Shown: positions 49,054 through 58,393 of the stretch, piece after piece | Position numbering within the stretch: position 1 is the first letter of the stretch | Layout of the letters: each line of letters starts with the position of its first letter | Source: Candidatus Nomurabacteria bacterium | Lineage (GTDB): Bacteria; Patescibacteriota; Minisyncoccia; Phycocordibacterales; UBA9973 | DNA length: 64,000 nucleotides | Direction: 5' to 3' | NCBI GenBank assembly: GCA_021413905.1 | Contig: JAIOPO010000001.1 | Coordinates: 137,159-201,158 of the forward strand | The notes under the pieces: generated by a model | Told to the model about the DNA's origin: nothing | Databases searched by the model: none | The model's input: only the letters and a program-made list of their open reading frames with translations | Made by a program: the position numbers and the translations under genes

Positions 49054-50040
49054 TCAAATATTTTTCAAAAAATCATTTGTTATTTTTTCTACTTCGTCTG
49101 CATTTTCAGCTTCCATAAGTTTTACTCGTAATTCTTTTGCTCCGTCAAAGCCATTTACATATGCCTTGTAATGCTTTTTCATAATTGCAAAGTTTTTATG
49201 TTTACCGAGCATTTCTTCAAAAAGTTTTGTGTGTTCCACCATAACGTGGAGTTTAGATTCAGTATCTCTTTCCACAAGATCAGACAAATGGTTCCCATAT
49301 GTCTGACTTGCGGAAAACAACCACGGATTCCCAAAAATTGCTCTGCCGAACATCACCCCATCACAGCCATATTTTTTTATCTTTTCTTCCGCGTCTTTTA
49401 GGTCTGTGACATCGCCATTGCCTATAATCAAAGTCTCCGGAGAAATTTTATTTCGGAGTTCTATGATGCGAGGCATTAGTTCCCAATGCGCCGGCACGAG
49501 AGACATTTCTTTTCTTGTGCGTAAATGCACAGTTAACACAGGCAATTTTTCTTTTAAGAGTGTAGCTATCCAAGTATCTATTTCTTCTTTATTGTATCCA
49601 ATACGAGTTTTCACAGACACAGGCAAACCGCCTCCGCCTTCTCTGGCAGCGTGAATCACTTCGATAGACAAAGCTGGATTTTTAATACAAGCTGCACCAG
49701 CGCCTTGCTTCTCGATAGATTTATCCGGACAACCCATATTAATATCCAAACCATCAAAACCAAGCTCAACACAGAGCTTCGCTGCTTCGCGGATATTTTC
49801 TGGTCGTGATCCGAATATCTGCGCCACTATCGGGTGCTCATTTGGAGAGAATTTCAAATCAATCAAAAGTTTCGGGCGTGCTTCCGGATGCGCAAGTCCA
49901 TCTGCAGACACAAATTCAGTCCAAAAAACATCCGGCTTACCGTATTTATTTATTATTTGTCTAAAAGCACAATCCGTCACATCTGCCATAGGCGCTAAAA
50001 CAAAAAATGGTTTATTTAATTTTTGCCAAAAATTATTCAT
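49054..50040 (-). CDS. tRNA-dihydrouridine synthase (Dus family)
   Basis: LAPMADVTD, DINMGCP, SVKTRIG, HLRT, GNGDV, GRAIFGNPW. Confidence 0.95.
   Translation of the reverse strand: MNNFWQKLNKPFFVLAPMADVTDCAFRQIINKYGKPDVFWTEFVSADGLAHPEARPKLLIDLKFSPNEHPIVAQIFGSRPENIREAAKLCVELGFDGLDINMGCPDKSIEKQGAGAACIKNPALSIEVIHAAREGGGGLPVSVKTRIGYNKEEIDTWIATLLKEKLPVLTVHLRTRKEMSLVPAHWELMPRIIELRNKISPETLIIGNGDVTDLKDAEEKIKKYGCDGVMFGRAIFGNPWLFSASQTYGNHLSDLVERDTESKLHVMVEHTKLFEEMLGKHKNFAIMKKHYKAYVNGFDGAKELRVKLMEAENADEVEKITNDFLKNI
49269..49316. repeat. 48-bp palindromic element inside the dus coding sequence
   Basis: TTTCCACAAGATCAGACAAATGG-ttc-CCATATGTCTGACTTGCGGAAA, about 20 paired bases. Confidence 0.8.
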
Positions 50041-50894
50041 TATTTGAATTTATAATATACTTTATTTCCGTATCTTAAATCAATATAAAGCAAAGAAGAA
50101 TATTTATTTTTAAAATCTCCAGCCAATGGTTCTGTTTCCAAAGCAACTTGTAAATTTTTAAATGTTTTGTCAAAATCAGAATCATAATTCATGATTATTT
50201 TAGGAGATTCCACATTATCTGATTTTTTTTCTAAATAAATTTCTATTTCTTTATTTTCATTTAACAAAAAATAAACAGGTTTTATATTTATTTGTTCCAA
50301 ATTATTTTTAAATATTGAAATATTTTTAAATATATCTTGAATAAAATAAGAACCTATTGGAATATTGTTTTCTTTTGTTAATGGTCCAAAAAATTTAAAA
50401 TAAACATTACCAGAAAAATACGGAGCAATATCCAATATATATCCTTCATCATTCATAAAATAACATTGATTTTTAAAATCGAAATTAAAATCTTTACACC
50501 AAATAAATTTATTTCCTCTTTCTGTAATATCTATAATAATCTTATTAAGTCCTTCACGATAAATTTTATAATCTTTAACTCTTGGTATATTGTTTAAATA
50601 ATTTGAAATTTTATTTTTAGGATATAAAAAAATATTCTTTTTAGAAAAAATTGAAAAGTGATTTTTCAATTTTATATTTATATTATCTTTTATTTCTTGA
50701 ATTTCTAAAATTTTAACACCATTTATTTGAATTTCTTTTATTTTAAAAAAAGGCAAATAAGACAATACGCAAAATATTACAAAAAAAACACCAATACCAG
50801 AAAAATAAAGAATTATTTTCTTTTTAAAAATATCTTTTCTTTTTTTTCTTAATTCTGATAAATGCGGAGAATCTAAAACAACTCTTTTTTGCAT
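50040..50894 (-). CDS. FtsQ/DivIB-like cell division protein
   Basis: Basic N-terminus, one TM, POTRA-like IKEIQING...ITER, C-terminal YIDLRYGNKVYYK. Confidence 0.8.
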   Translation of the reverse strand: MQKRVVLDSPHLSELRKKRKDIFKKKIILYFSGIGVFFVIFCVLSYLPFFKIKEIQINGVKILEIQEIKDNINIKLKNHFSIFSKKNIFLYPKNKISNYLNNIPRVKDYKIYREGLNKIIIDITERGNKFIWCKDFNFDFKNQCYFMNDEGYILDIAPYFSGNVYFKFFGPLTKENNIPIGSYFIQDIFKNISIFKNNLEQINIKPVYFLLNENKEIEIYLEKKSDNVESPKIIMNYDSDFDKTFKNLQVALETEPLAGDFKNKYSSLLYIDLRYGNKVYYKFK

Positions 50895-50895
50895 A

Positions 50896-52161
50896 TTATT
50901 TTATGAATTCTTTTCCTCCCATATATTTCTTTAAAACTTCGGGTATTTTGACTGTGCCATCTGCTTGCTGATAGTTTTCAATCATTGAGACCAATATTCT
51001 AGGTGTCGGTATTGCTGTACAATTCAAAGAATGTGCATATTGCATTTTTTCATTTTCATCTCTATAACGAATACCGAAACGTCTGCATTGAAAATCATGA
51101 AAATATGAAGCAGAAGAAATTTCTCTATATTTGTTTTCTTTAGGAACCCATAACTCCACATCATATTTTTTAACTTGACCCAAACCCAAATCTCCTCCAC
51201 AATTTACAACAGTATGATAAGGAATACCGAGTAATTCTATAAATTCTTCTGTATTTCTATTTATTTCTTCATGATATTTCACTGAAGTTTCATGATTAGC
51301 TTCACATAAAACAACTTGCTCAAATTTATAAAATTCATGAACGCGTATGAGACCTTTTACATCTTTACCATGACTTCCAGCTTCACGACGAAAACAAGGA
51401 GAAAAACCTAAATATTTTACAGGAAAAGAATTCTTGTCTAAAATTTCTCCGGCATGCATACCCATTATTGGAACTTCAGCAGTGCCAGCCATATAATCAC
51501 CGTCTTGAGTTTTATACAAATCTTCTTCACCTTGAGGCAAAAATCCTGTACCTAAAAATGAATCTTTACGTACAACAACTGGTGGAATAACAGGAGAAAA
51601 TCCTTTTTCGGAAAAAAAGTCTAAAGCATAATTCCAAATAGCAAAACACAAACGCACACCATCACCAGTCAAAAAATATCCACGAAAACCATGCACTTTT
51701 GTGCCACGATCAAAATCACACATTTTTAACGCAGTCATTATTTCTACATGGTCTTTTGGTTCAAAAGAAAAAATTGGTTTCTCTCCCCAAGATTTTATTT
51801 CTTGATTATTTTGATCATTTAAACCTTCAGGGACTGAAATATCAGGAACATTTGGAACTTGCAACATCAAACCTTGCCACTCTTCTATAATACTTTTTAA
51901 TTTTTCTTCTTTTTGTTTTATTTCTTCTTTGACTCCGCGCATTTCTTCAATGAGCTGGATTTTCAATGCCGGATCTTGATCACGAGATATGTCATTTGAA
52001 ACTCTATTTACTTCACTTCGAAGCTCTTCTACTTCTTTTAATACTTTCAAGCGTTCATCATCAAGAACAATTAATTTTTCAATATCAATGTCCAAAAGCT
52101 TCTTTTTCGCTCCTGCTTGCACAATGTCTTTGTTTTCACGTATAAATTTAATATCTAACAT
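50896..52161 (-). CDS. serS: Serine--tRNA ligase (start reassigned to ATG 52161)
   Basis: MLDIKFIREN, GTAEV, FRREAG, IRVHEF.K.E, EISSAS. Confidence 0.98.
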   Translation of the reverse strand: MLDIKFIRENKDIVQAGAKKKLLDIDIEKLIVLDDERLKVLKEVEELRSEVNRVSNDISRDQDPALKIQLIEEMRGVKEEIKQKEEKLKSIIEEWQGLMLQVPNVPDISVPEGLNDQNNQEIKSWGEKPIFSFEPKDHVEIMTALKMCDFDRGTKVHGFRGYFLTGDGVRLCFAIWNYALDFFSEKGFSPVIPPVVVRKDSFLGTGFLPQGEEDLYKTQDGDYMAGTAEVPIMGMHAGEILDKNSFPVKYLGFSPCFRREAGSHGKDVKGLIRVHEFYKFEQVVLCEANHETSVKYHEEINRNTEEFIELLGIPYHTVVNCGGDLGLGQVKKYDVELWVPKENKYREISSASYFHDFQCRRFGIRYRDENEKMQYAHSLNCTAIPTPRILVSMIENYQQADGTVKIPEVLKKYMGGKEFIK

Positions 52162-52197
52162 ATTGTCATTATATACCAAACTTAATATAATTACAAA

Positions 52198-53061
52198 ATG
52201 CAAATCAATAAATTACCAAAAAATAAATTCCCAAAAGAATTATTTGAAATACCTCAACCTCCTGAGAATCTGTGGATTATTGGTGACTTTCCAGAAGAAG
52301 AACTTATTTATTTATGTATTGTTGGTTCTAGAAAATTCACTTCTTATGGAAAAGAAATTTGTGAAAAAATAATCACAGGACTAAAAGGATATCCGATAGC
52401 TATAGTTTCCGGTTTTGCTATGGGTATAGATACTATCGCTCACAAAAAAGCGATGCAAATGGGATTAAAAACTCTAGTTTTTCCTGGTTCAGGACTTTCT
52501 GATGAAGCCATGTACCCAAAAACAAATGTGCGCTTGATGCGAGAAGTCGTGGAAAGTGGCGGATGTTTAATTTCAGAATTTGAACCCGATTTCAAAGCTA
52601 CTCACTGGAGCTTCCCGATGAGGAATAGACTAATGGCAGGACTTTGCAAAGCAACACTTGTAATAGAAGCGGAAGAAAAATCCGGCACACTTATAACTGC
52701 ACGACTCGCTACAGAATACAATAGAGATTTACTTGCAGTTCCAGGCTCTGTATTTTCTCCAAGTTCAAAAGGAACAAATAAATTAATCAAGCAAGGCGCG
52801 ACACCTGTGACTTGTGCTGAAGATGTTTTGGAAGCTTTGGGTTTCGAACAAGAAAAAGATGAAGACAAACAAATGCGACTTTTTGAAGATTTGTCACCGG
52901 AAGAAAAAAAGGTTATAGATTTATTACGTGAACCTATGTCACGTGATGAATTAATACGAGAATTAAAAATGAAAATTTCAGATGCAAATTCACTACTTTC
53001 AGTAATGGAAATAAAAGAGTTAATAAAAGAAGAATTGGGTGATATTAGGTTAAATATGTAA
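52198..53061 (+). CDS. dprA: DNA-processing protein DprA
   Basis: IVGSR..T.YG, VSGFAMGID..AH, FPMRNR, EA..KSGTLITA, AVPG. Confidence 0.96.
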   Translation: MQINKLPKNKFPKELFEIPQPPENLWIIGDFPEEELIYLCIVGSRKFTSYGKEICEKIITGLKGYPIAIVSGFAMGIDTIAHKKAMQMGLKTLVFPGSGLSDEAMYPKTNVRLMREVVESGGCLISEFEPDFKATHWSFPMRNRLMAGLCKATLVIEAEEKSGTLITARLATEYNRDLLAVPGSVFSPSSKGTNKLIKQGATPVTCAEDVLEALGFEQEKDEDKQMRLFEDLSPEEKKVIDLLREPMSRDELIRELKMKISDANSLLSVMEIKELIKEELGDIRLNM

Positions 53062-53068
53062 ATAAAAA

Positions 53069-53091
53069 AAACAAGGCATTACACCTTGTTT
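53069..53091. terminator. Hairpin terminator between dprA and the convergent orphan
   Basis: AAACAAGG-cattaca-CCTTGTTT. Confidence 0.6.
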
Positions 53092-53111
53092 AAATATAAA
53101 TAACATATTCT

Positions 53112-53465
53112 TTATTTATCCTCCAAAAGGAGAATATTCATTTTTATCCCCTCGCTTTTAATATATCTCAACATCAAAGAAACAAAAAGATGTTCAGATC
53201 CAGGCGGTATTTTAATATCTTCCATAGACAACATTATCTGATTGCTAGAGAAAAATATTTTACCTTTACATGAAATAATCTGGTTTCTTATCTCAGCAGA
53301 GAAGACAAATAAATTTTGTTTTTCCTTTACCGGAAAAGAAATTGAACTTTGTTTAAAAGCAAAATTTTTTTTAACCCTTTTTAACAAAGTTTCAATTTTT
53401 TTGACCATATTTTGATTACCAAAACCATGAGTCAAAATAATCTCTATTTTTTTAATTTCTTCCAT
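53112..53465 (-). CDS. Orphan hypothetical protein
   Basis: 117-aa ORF filling the dprA-topA gap; TTGACA about 60 nt upstream on the minus strand. Confidence 0.6.
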   Translation of the reverse strand: MEEIKKIEIILTHGFGNQNMVKKIETLLKRVKKNFAFKQSSISFPVKEKQNLFVFSAEIRNQIISCKGKIFFSSNQIMLSMEDIKIPPGSEHLFVSLMLRYIKSEGIKMNILLLEDK

Positions 53466-53577
53466 AAACTGACGATTTTAAAAAGTGTACGTCTAAAGTA
53501 AAATTAGCTTTTAAAAAGTACTTTGTCAAATATAAATTTGCCAAAAAGTTATATATCGTGTAATACTGTCTATACAT

Positions 53578-55815
53578 ATGAAACTTTTAATTGTGGAATC
53601 ACCATCAAAAGCAAAGACGATTGAGAAGTATTTGGATAATGCTTCCGCCTCTTCGGCAGACAGGTTTACTGTACGCGCAAGTGTCGGACACATTCGCGAC
53701 CTGCCTAAATCAAATAAAAAAGCGATTGATATAGAAGCTGGTTTCGTTCCTCATTATGAAATTTCCAAAGGAAAAGAACATGTTGTAAATGAACTTCAAA
53801 ACCTAGCAGAAAAAGCAAAAGAAATAATGTTAGCGACTGACCCCGACCGTGAAGGTGAAGCCATAGCATGGCATATAGAAGAAATTTTAAAACATGATAA
53901 AAAAGTAAAGGCCCCGATAAAAAGAGTAACATTTCACGAAATTACAAAAGAAGCCGTCGAAGAAGCAATCAAACATCCACGTGCAATAGATACAGACTTG
54001 CGAAAAGCTCAAGAAGCGCGCAGAGTTTTAGACAGACTTGTAGGTTATGATTTGTCCGGAATTATTTGGAAAAAAGTGCGATACGGGCTTTCTGCCGGAC
54101 GAGTCCAATCCCCTGCGCTTCGCATAATAATGGAACGCGAAAGAGAAATCCGCGCATTTATTCCTGAAAAATATTGGGTATTGGAAGGTATTTTCGATAC
54201 TTTGAAAAAAGACAAAATCACACTGACTTGCAACGAAGAACCACGAGATGAAAAATTCGTAGAGAATATTTTAGAAATTGGTAAAAAAGGAAATTGGATT
54301 GTAGCTGGAATAAAAGAAAGCGAGCAAAAAAGATCTCCTCGTGCACCATTTACAACATCAACATTGCAACAAACAGCTTCGACAAGACTTGGCTTTTCCC
54401 CTTCACGAACAATGCAAGTAGCTCAAAAACTTTACGAAGCTGGACACATAACATATATGCGTACAGATTCTACAAATTTATCTGCCGTAGCTCAAAAACA
54501 AATATTGGATCTTGTAGAAAAAAAATACGGTAAAGAATACACAGAAGCTCATACATACAAAACAAAAAGTAAAAATGCTCAGGAAGCTCACGAAGCTATA
54601 CGCCCAACTCACATAGAATATTTATCAAAAGGCGCGAACGATGAACAAGAAAAATTATATAAACTCATTTGGGAGCGCGCAGTCTCTTCACAAATGACTG
54701 ATGCAAAATTATTAAAAACAAAAATTTCTGCTATTGTAGAAAATCATGAAGAAATTCCTGAATTTTCAGCAAATGGCTCACGTGTTATTTTTCCTGGTTG
54801 GCTAAAAGTAGATGCTGATGCAAGAGGAGAAGATGTGGAATTACCGGAAGTTAAAAAAGGAGAAAAGCTTAATTTGATTGATCTAGTAAGCATTGCAAAA
54901 GAAACACAACCACCAGGCAGATATAGTGAAGCAGGGCTTGTAAAAGAGCTAGAGGCTCGAGGTATTGGCCGACCTTCAACATATGCTTCCATAATGCGTA
55001 CCATTGAAGAACGTGGTTATGTACGCAAAGAAGGCAAAACATTATTCCCCACTGATACAGGTGAAGTTGTTTCTGATTTTCTGGAAAAGAATTTTGCTGA
55101 ATATATATCTGATACCTTTACAGCAGAAATGGAAGACAAGCTCGATGATATTTCGAGAGGTGAAAGAGAATATGAAAAAACTTTAAAAGATTTTTATGGG
55201 CCATTCTTAAAAGAAGTAAAAGAAAAAGATAAATTGGAAAAAGCCACAAATATGGGTGAAGCACCAGATGATATAAAATGTCCAAAATGCGGAGGAAAAA
55301 TGATCATTAAACTCGCTCGTGTTGGTAAATTTTACTCTTGTGCAAATTATCCTGATTGCGAGGGTGCTCTTATGCTAGACGGAACAGAACTGCAAGGTCC
55401 AAAAGAAACAGGAGAAAAATGCCCGACTTGTGGAGATAAAAAAGGTAAATCTGGCGGAGGAAAGTTGGTTATCAGAGAAAGACGTGACGGAACAGGTACT
55501 TTCATTTCTTGTTCAAGATATCCAAAATGTAAATTCGTAAAACAAGACGAAGAAGAAATAAAAAGAAAAATGACTGATGTAACCTGTCCTGTTTGTAAAA
55601 AAAATAAAATGATGGAACGCCGAGGACGATTTGGAATATTTTATTCTTGTTCCAGTTATCCAGAATGTAAAAATGCTATCAAAGCCAAACCAACAGGACG
55701 CATTTGTGACCTTTGCGGGAGCTTAATGATGGAAGGAACAAAAACAATCCCAGAACGTTGTTCAAATAAACTCTGTAAAATGCACAACCCTCATAAATTA
55801 AATAAAATGCAATAA
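53578..55815 (+). CDS. topA: DNA topoisomerase I
   Basis: IVESPSK, ATDPDREGE, SAGRVQS, ITYMRTD, GRPSTY, C-terminal zinc ribbons. Confidence 0.99.
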   Translation: MKLLIVESPSKAKTIEKYLDNASASSADRFTVRASVGHIRDLPKSNKKAIDIEAGFVPHYEISKGKEHVVNELQNLAEKAKEIMLATDPDREGEAIAWHIEEILKHDKKVKAPIKRVTFHEITKEAVEEAIKHPRAIDTDLRKAQEARRVLDRLVGYDLSGIIWKKVRYGLSAGRVQSPALRIIMEREREIRAFIPEKYWVLEGIFDTLKKDKITLTCNEEPRDEKFVENILEIGKKGNWIVAGIKESEQKRSPRAPFTTSTLQQTASTRLGFSPSRTMQVAQKLYEAGHITYMRTDSTNLSAVAQKQILDLVEKKYGKEYTEAHTYKTKSKNAQEAHEAIRPTHIEYLSKGANDEQEKLYKLIWERAVSSQMTDAKLLKTKISAIVENHEEIPEFSANGSRVIFPGWLKVDADARGEDVELPEVKKGEKLNLIDLVSIAKETQPPGRYSEAGLVKELEARGIGRPSTYASIMRTIEERGYVRKEGKTLFPTDTGEVVSDFLEKNFAEYISDTFTAEMEDKLDDISRGEREYEKTLKDFYGPFLKEVKEKDKLEKATNMGEAPDDIKCPKCGGKMIIKLARVGKFYSCANYPDCEGALMLDGTELQGPKETGEKCPTCGDKKGKSGGGKLVIRERRDGTGTFISCSRYPKCKFVKQDEEEIKRKMTDVTCPVCKKNKMMERRGRFGIFYSCSSYPECKNAIKAKPTGRICDLCGSLMMEGTKTIPERCSNKLCKMHNPHKLNKMQ

Positions 55816-55840
55816 TTAAATAAATTGCTATAATATAACC

Positions 55841-57310
55841 ATGGCAATGGATATAAAAGAAATATTTGATTTAGCTGTTAATTTAACACCAGAAGATCAT
55901 ATATTAATTCAAAAAGCTTACGATTTTGCAAAAAAAGCTCATGAAGGACAACTTCGTAAAAGTGGCGAACCATATTTCGTTCACGTTTTTGAAACTGCAA
56001 AAACAATAGCAAAATTACACATGGACGCAAAAACTATCTCTGCAGGATTAATGCACGATGTATTAGAAGATACAAATATTACAGAAAAAGAAATGGAAAA
56101 AGAATTTGGTAAAGAAATAGTTTTTTTAGTGAATGGAGTTACAAAACTTGGAACATTAAAATACCATGGAAAAGAAAGACATGTAGAAAGTTTAAGGAAA
56201 TTTTTTGTAGCAATGGCAAATGATTTAAGAGTTGTTATTATTAAATTTGCTGATAGATTACATAATTTAAAAACTCTTGAACATGTTCGCGAAGACAAGA
56301 GAAAAAGAATTGCAATAGAATCCATCGAAGTTTATGCACCTCTTGCAAATCGGCTCGGTATGGGAAAATTAAAAGGTGAAATAGAAGATGCTGCCTTTCC
56401 ATATGCATATCCTAAAGAATACGCACAAGTTGAAGAAATAATAAAAGAACAAAAAGAACTTTACGAAAAATATTTAAATGAAGTAAGAGAAGGACTAGAA
56501 AAAGAATTAGAAAAAAATAATATTAAAATAAATAAAATAGATTATAGAGTTAAACATAAATACAGTTTATATAAAAAATTAGAACATTATGATATGGATA
56601 TAGACAAAATCCATGATATCGTAGCATTGCGTGTCGTAGTAGACAATATAGAAGAATGTTACAGAATTTTAGGCATAGTTCATTCTATATGGAAACCATT
56701 GCCTGGTAGAATAAAAGATTATATAGCAGTACCGAAGCCAAACGGCTACCGTTCAATACATACCACCATATTCACTGGGTCTGGTGGTATAGCTGAAATA
56801 CAAATCAGAACAAAAGAAATGCACATAGAAGCTTCTTATGGAATTGCAGCGCACTTTTCTCATAAAGAACATACTAACAATAAAAAAATAGACGAAAAAA
56901 ATAAATTTGATTGGATTCATGAACTGCAAAATCTAAAAGAAGTTGCAAACAAACCAGAAAGTTTTATAGAACATCTTAAGATGGATTTTTTCAACAATCG
57001 CATATTTATATTTACACCAAAAGGTGACGTTGTTGATTTACCAGAAGGATCTAGTCCTATTGATTTTGCTTATGCTATACATACAGACATAGGTGAACAT
57101 GTCTCTAGTGCAAAAGTGAATGAAAAAATAGCTCCAATTTACACGAAATTAAAAAATGGAGATATTGTTGAAATAATAACAAAAAAAGACGCTCATCCAT
57201 CGAGTAAATGGCTAGATAATGTAAAAACAACAATGGCAAAAAAACACATTAATTCATATCTAGAAAAAAATAGTCTCCTTGCACGTCTTAAATCTTATGC
57301 AAAATATTAA
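55841..57310 (+). CDS. RelA/SpoT homolog, short form (HD + synthetase + TGS)
   Basis: RKSGEPY..H, HDVLED, KFADRLHN, DYIA.PKPNGY.SIHT, EIQIRT, AAH, TGS DFAYAIHT; no ZFD/ACT domains. Confidence 0.93.
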   Translation: MAMDIKEIFDLAVNLTPEDHILIQKAYDFAKKAHEGQLRKSGEPYFVHVFETAKTIAKLHMDAKTISAGLMHDVLEDTNITEKEMEKEFGKEIVFLVNGVTKLGTLKYHGKERHVESLRKFFVAMANDLRVVIIKFADRLHNLKTLEHVREDKRKRIAIESIEVYAPLANRLGMGKLKGEIEDAAFPYAYPKEYAQVEEIIKEQKELYEKYLNEVREGLEKELEKNNIKINKIDYRVKHKYSLYKKLEHYDMDIDKIHDIVALRVVVDNIEECYRILGIVHSIWKPLPGRIKDYIAVPKPNGYRSIHTTIFTGSGGIAEIQIRTKEMHIEASYGIAAHFSHKEHTNNKKIDEKNKFDWIHELQNLKEVANKPESFIEHLKMDFFNNRIFIFTPKGDVVDLPEGSSPIDFAYAIHTDIGEHVSSAKVNEKIAPIYTKLKNGDIVEIITKKDAHPSSKWLDNVKTTMAKKHINSYLEKNSLLARLKSYAKY

Positions 57311-58293
57311 AGACTAAAATTTGATATATTATATAAATTCAAATCGTCTTCTTTTGTGCTGTCATCTATAGGATTTTGATTTTCATCTACAGTCATAGGA
57401 TCAATTGTGTTATTTACACTGTTTTGTGAAATATGATTTTCCAACATTTCATCAGGCTTTTTTTCTATACCGTTTTTTTGTATTGAATCTAAAATAGAAC
57501 GCAAGTCTTCAGTAGAAAAATAATCTATTTTTATTTGTCCACCAATTTCTTTTCTATCTATATGCACTCTAGTTCCCAATTTATCTTGAAATTCTTCTTC
57601 AAGTTCGACTATTTCCGGATCTGGCATAAATTCTTTCTTGCGAACTCTATCATAAGCTATTTTTCTAGCTAGTTTTTCTGCTTCACGCACTGTGATTTTC
57701 TTGTACAAAATTTCTTTAAACAAAACGATTTGTTCTTCTGGATGATCTGCGAGCATCAATATTGGACGTGTATGTCCTTCTGTTATTTTCCCTTCCGACA
57801 ATGCATTTAGAACTTCTTCTGGTAAAGATAATATACGTAAAGAATTAGACACGTATTCACGACTACGTCCCATTTTTTTTGCTATTTCAGCATGAGTAAA
57901 TTTAAATTCAGTAGCAAGTTTCAAAAATGCTCTAGCACGGTCAACAGCATTCAGATCTTCTCTTTGTAGATTTTCCAATATCGCCAATTCTAATTTCATC
58001 ATATTAGAATCCCCTACGCGGATTATAGCTGGCACTTGAGAAACTCCTGCCAACATTGCTGCTCGTAAACGTCTTTCTCCGGCAATAAGCTCGTATTCAG
58101 TCAAAAGTCCGCCTTCTTCTTTTTCCACTTCCAAACGAGACACAGTAAGCGGTTGAAGTATGCCATATTGACGAATAGAATCAGCTAAATCACGAAGACG
58201 AGCTTCGTCAAACTCTCTGCGAGGTTGATATGGATTCGGTTTTATTTTATCAGTATCAATCCAGAATATTGAATTGGAATATAAATTAGACAT
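57307..58293 (-). CDS. parB: Chromosome partitioning protein ParB
   Basis: PNPYQPR, GILQPL, AGERRLRA, ENLQREDLN, HTH. Confidence 0.95.
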   Translation of the reverse strand: MSNLYSNSIFWIDTDKIKPNPYQPRREFDEARLRDLADSIRQYGILQPLTVSRLEVEKEEGGLLTEYELIAGERRLRAAMLAGVSQVPAIIRVGDSNMMKLELAILENLQREDLNAVDRARAFLKLATEFKFTHAEIAKKMGRSREYVSNSLRILSLPEEVLNALSEGKITEGHTRPILMLADHPEEQIVLFKEILYKKITVREAEKLARKIAYDRVRKKEFMPDPEIVELEEEFQDKLGTRVHIDRKEIGGQIKIDYFSTEDLRSILDSIQKNGIEKKPDEMLENHISQNSVNNTIDPMTVDENQNPIDDSTKEDDLNLYNISNFSL

Positions 58294-58393
58294 AAAACTA
58301 TTTTAACATAAAAATACTTAAAACAAAAAGTGTATATTTTGTGTAAAACCTACCATAGACATAAGAAATAATTCAATATATAATACCAAAGTT

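Noticed and set aside
58301-58328. dif-like site (TAA-GTATTT-TTATGTTAAAA on the minus strand)
   Set aside because: Only the XerD-like arm matches, and it coincides with the parB extended -10 (TGTTAAAAT).
57307-58393. parS site or parA next to parB
   Set aside because: No TGTTTCACGTGAAACA-like palindrome and no parA were seen.
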